DNA of 64,000 nt from Bdellovibrionales bacterium. GTDB lineage: Bacteria; Bdellovibrionota; UBA1018; CAIMNF01. The stretch spans positions 32,001-96,000 of the forward strand of contig JBEIJY010000003.1 in the NCBI GenBank assembly GCA_040380025.1. The letters run 5' to 3'. The notes below the pieces were generated by a model. The model was given only the letters and a program-made list of their open reading frames with translations, made no database searches and was not told the origin of the DNA. The position numbers were made by a program, and so were the translations under genes. Below are positions 63,224 through 64,000 of the stretch, one piece after another (position 1 is the first letter of the stretch; each line of letters starts with the position of its first letter).

Positions 63224-63998
63224 GCGATCCGAAGGGGGTGCGATCAAGCCCCGGCACAAAGTATTGCAAATGCCGCTCCAGAAAGTCCAAGAGCTCCTCG
63301 TGCTCCTTAGGGTAGGCCACGAACTCGATTTTTCGCACCGGTTGCAGCATCGAGTGGTAGGCGTCCAGAATCGCGTTTTTCGTGAGCGTCGATTCCGGGT
63401 TGCTTCCGGCGCATCCGATGCAGACCCAAGCTCCCCGCGAAACCTGTGGCACGACACGGTCCCCTTCGACCTCGTTCAGCGGCTTGCCGCAAGCGATGCA
63501 TCGGGTGAGTTGGGGCTGAACCCCGAGCCACTGGGTGAGTTTCAAGAGGAACGCGTTCACCACCGGCAGGGACTCCTCGGGGGGACGTTCCTGGATTGCG
63601 AAGAGTGCGTTTGAATACAGCTTGAAGAGCTCCGGAGCCGGACGCTGGGATGGAACGGCCCGAAGGACCAGTTCGTTCAGCGCCGAGGCTCCGGAGAGTT
63701 TTTCGAAATGTTTGCCAAGCGACCCGGCCTCGTGCCTCACCTGGGCCGAGAGCACCTGGACCAGCGCCTCGTCGATGCCATCATTGATGGCCTCGGCAAT
63801 GCGGATGGTTTTCAGATCGAGCTCGAACTCCGAGCAGGTAAAGAGGTCGAGGCTCCCGCCGAAGCGTCGGGATTGGACGCCGTTCCGGGCGATTCCCGAG
63901 AACTTTCCCCGCCGCTCCGAGAGAAACACTGCGATCAGGTGCCGCTCCTGAAACGGATAGGTCTTCAGGACATAGCAAAGCTCGCGGGTTTCTGGGGG
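63189..63998 (-). CDS. recO: DNA repair protein RecO (5' end beyond the window)
   Basis: The frame is open to the edge (VLKTYPFQERHLIAVFLSERRGK); SRRFGG and the zinc motif CIACG...CIGC. Confidence 0.9.
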   Translation of the reverse strand, partial: PPETRELCYVLKTYPFQERHLIAVFLSERRGKFSGIARNGVQSRRFGGSLDLFTCSEFELDLKTIRIAEAINDGIDEALVQVLSAQVRHEAGSLGKHFEKLSGASALNELVLRAVPSQRPAPELFKLYSNALFAIQERPPEESLPVVNAFLLKLTQWLGVQPQLTRCIACGKPLNEVEGDRVVPQVSRGAWVCIGCAGSNPESTLTKNAILDAYHSMLQPVRKIEFVAYPKEHEELLDFLERHLQYFVPGLDRTPFGSLRFLKSPEWQV

Positions 63999-64000
63999 GT

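Overview
A GC-rich bacterial chromosomal segment, most likely from a Bdellovibrionota/Oligoflexia-like lineage. That placement is inferred from gene content: mevalonate enzymes, no dxr in the cdsA-rseP cluster, a CFI-box protein, an RCC1 lipoprotein and many outer-membrane barrels. The core scaffold is rpoC (3' part), tRNA-Val(TAC), rpsB-tsf-pyrH-frr-uppS-cdsA-rseP-tsaB-pssA, truA-tig, yajQ-rimO-queG, ispA/fni/mvaA, msbA, gmhB and recO (partial). Accessory genes are interleaved. The most unusual items are: (i) a plasmid-type (HTH-ParA) parAB pair among housekeeping genes, with three copies of a non-canonical 16-bp palindrome GGTCGCC(GT/AC)GGCGACC upstream, a candidate new parS; (ii) a tandem array of five secreted four-cysteine paralogs driven by three copies of an exactly spaced promoter/operator module, upstream of a GH76 gene and a Fur gene; (iii) a protein with an internal CFI-box sorting domain fused to a C-terminal beta-barrel; (iv) an intergenic 44-bp inverted repeat enclosing a branched structure. 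I saw no integrase, transposase, CRISPR array or rRNA. All calls come from motif recognition by eye; no database searches were run.
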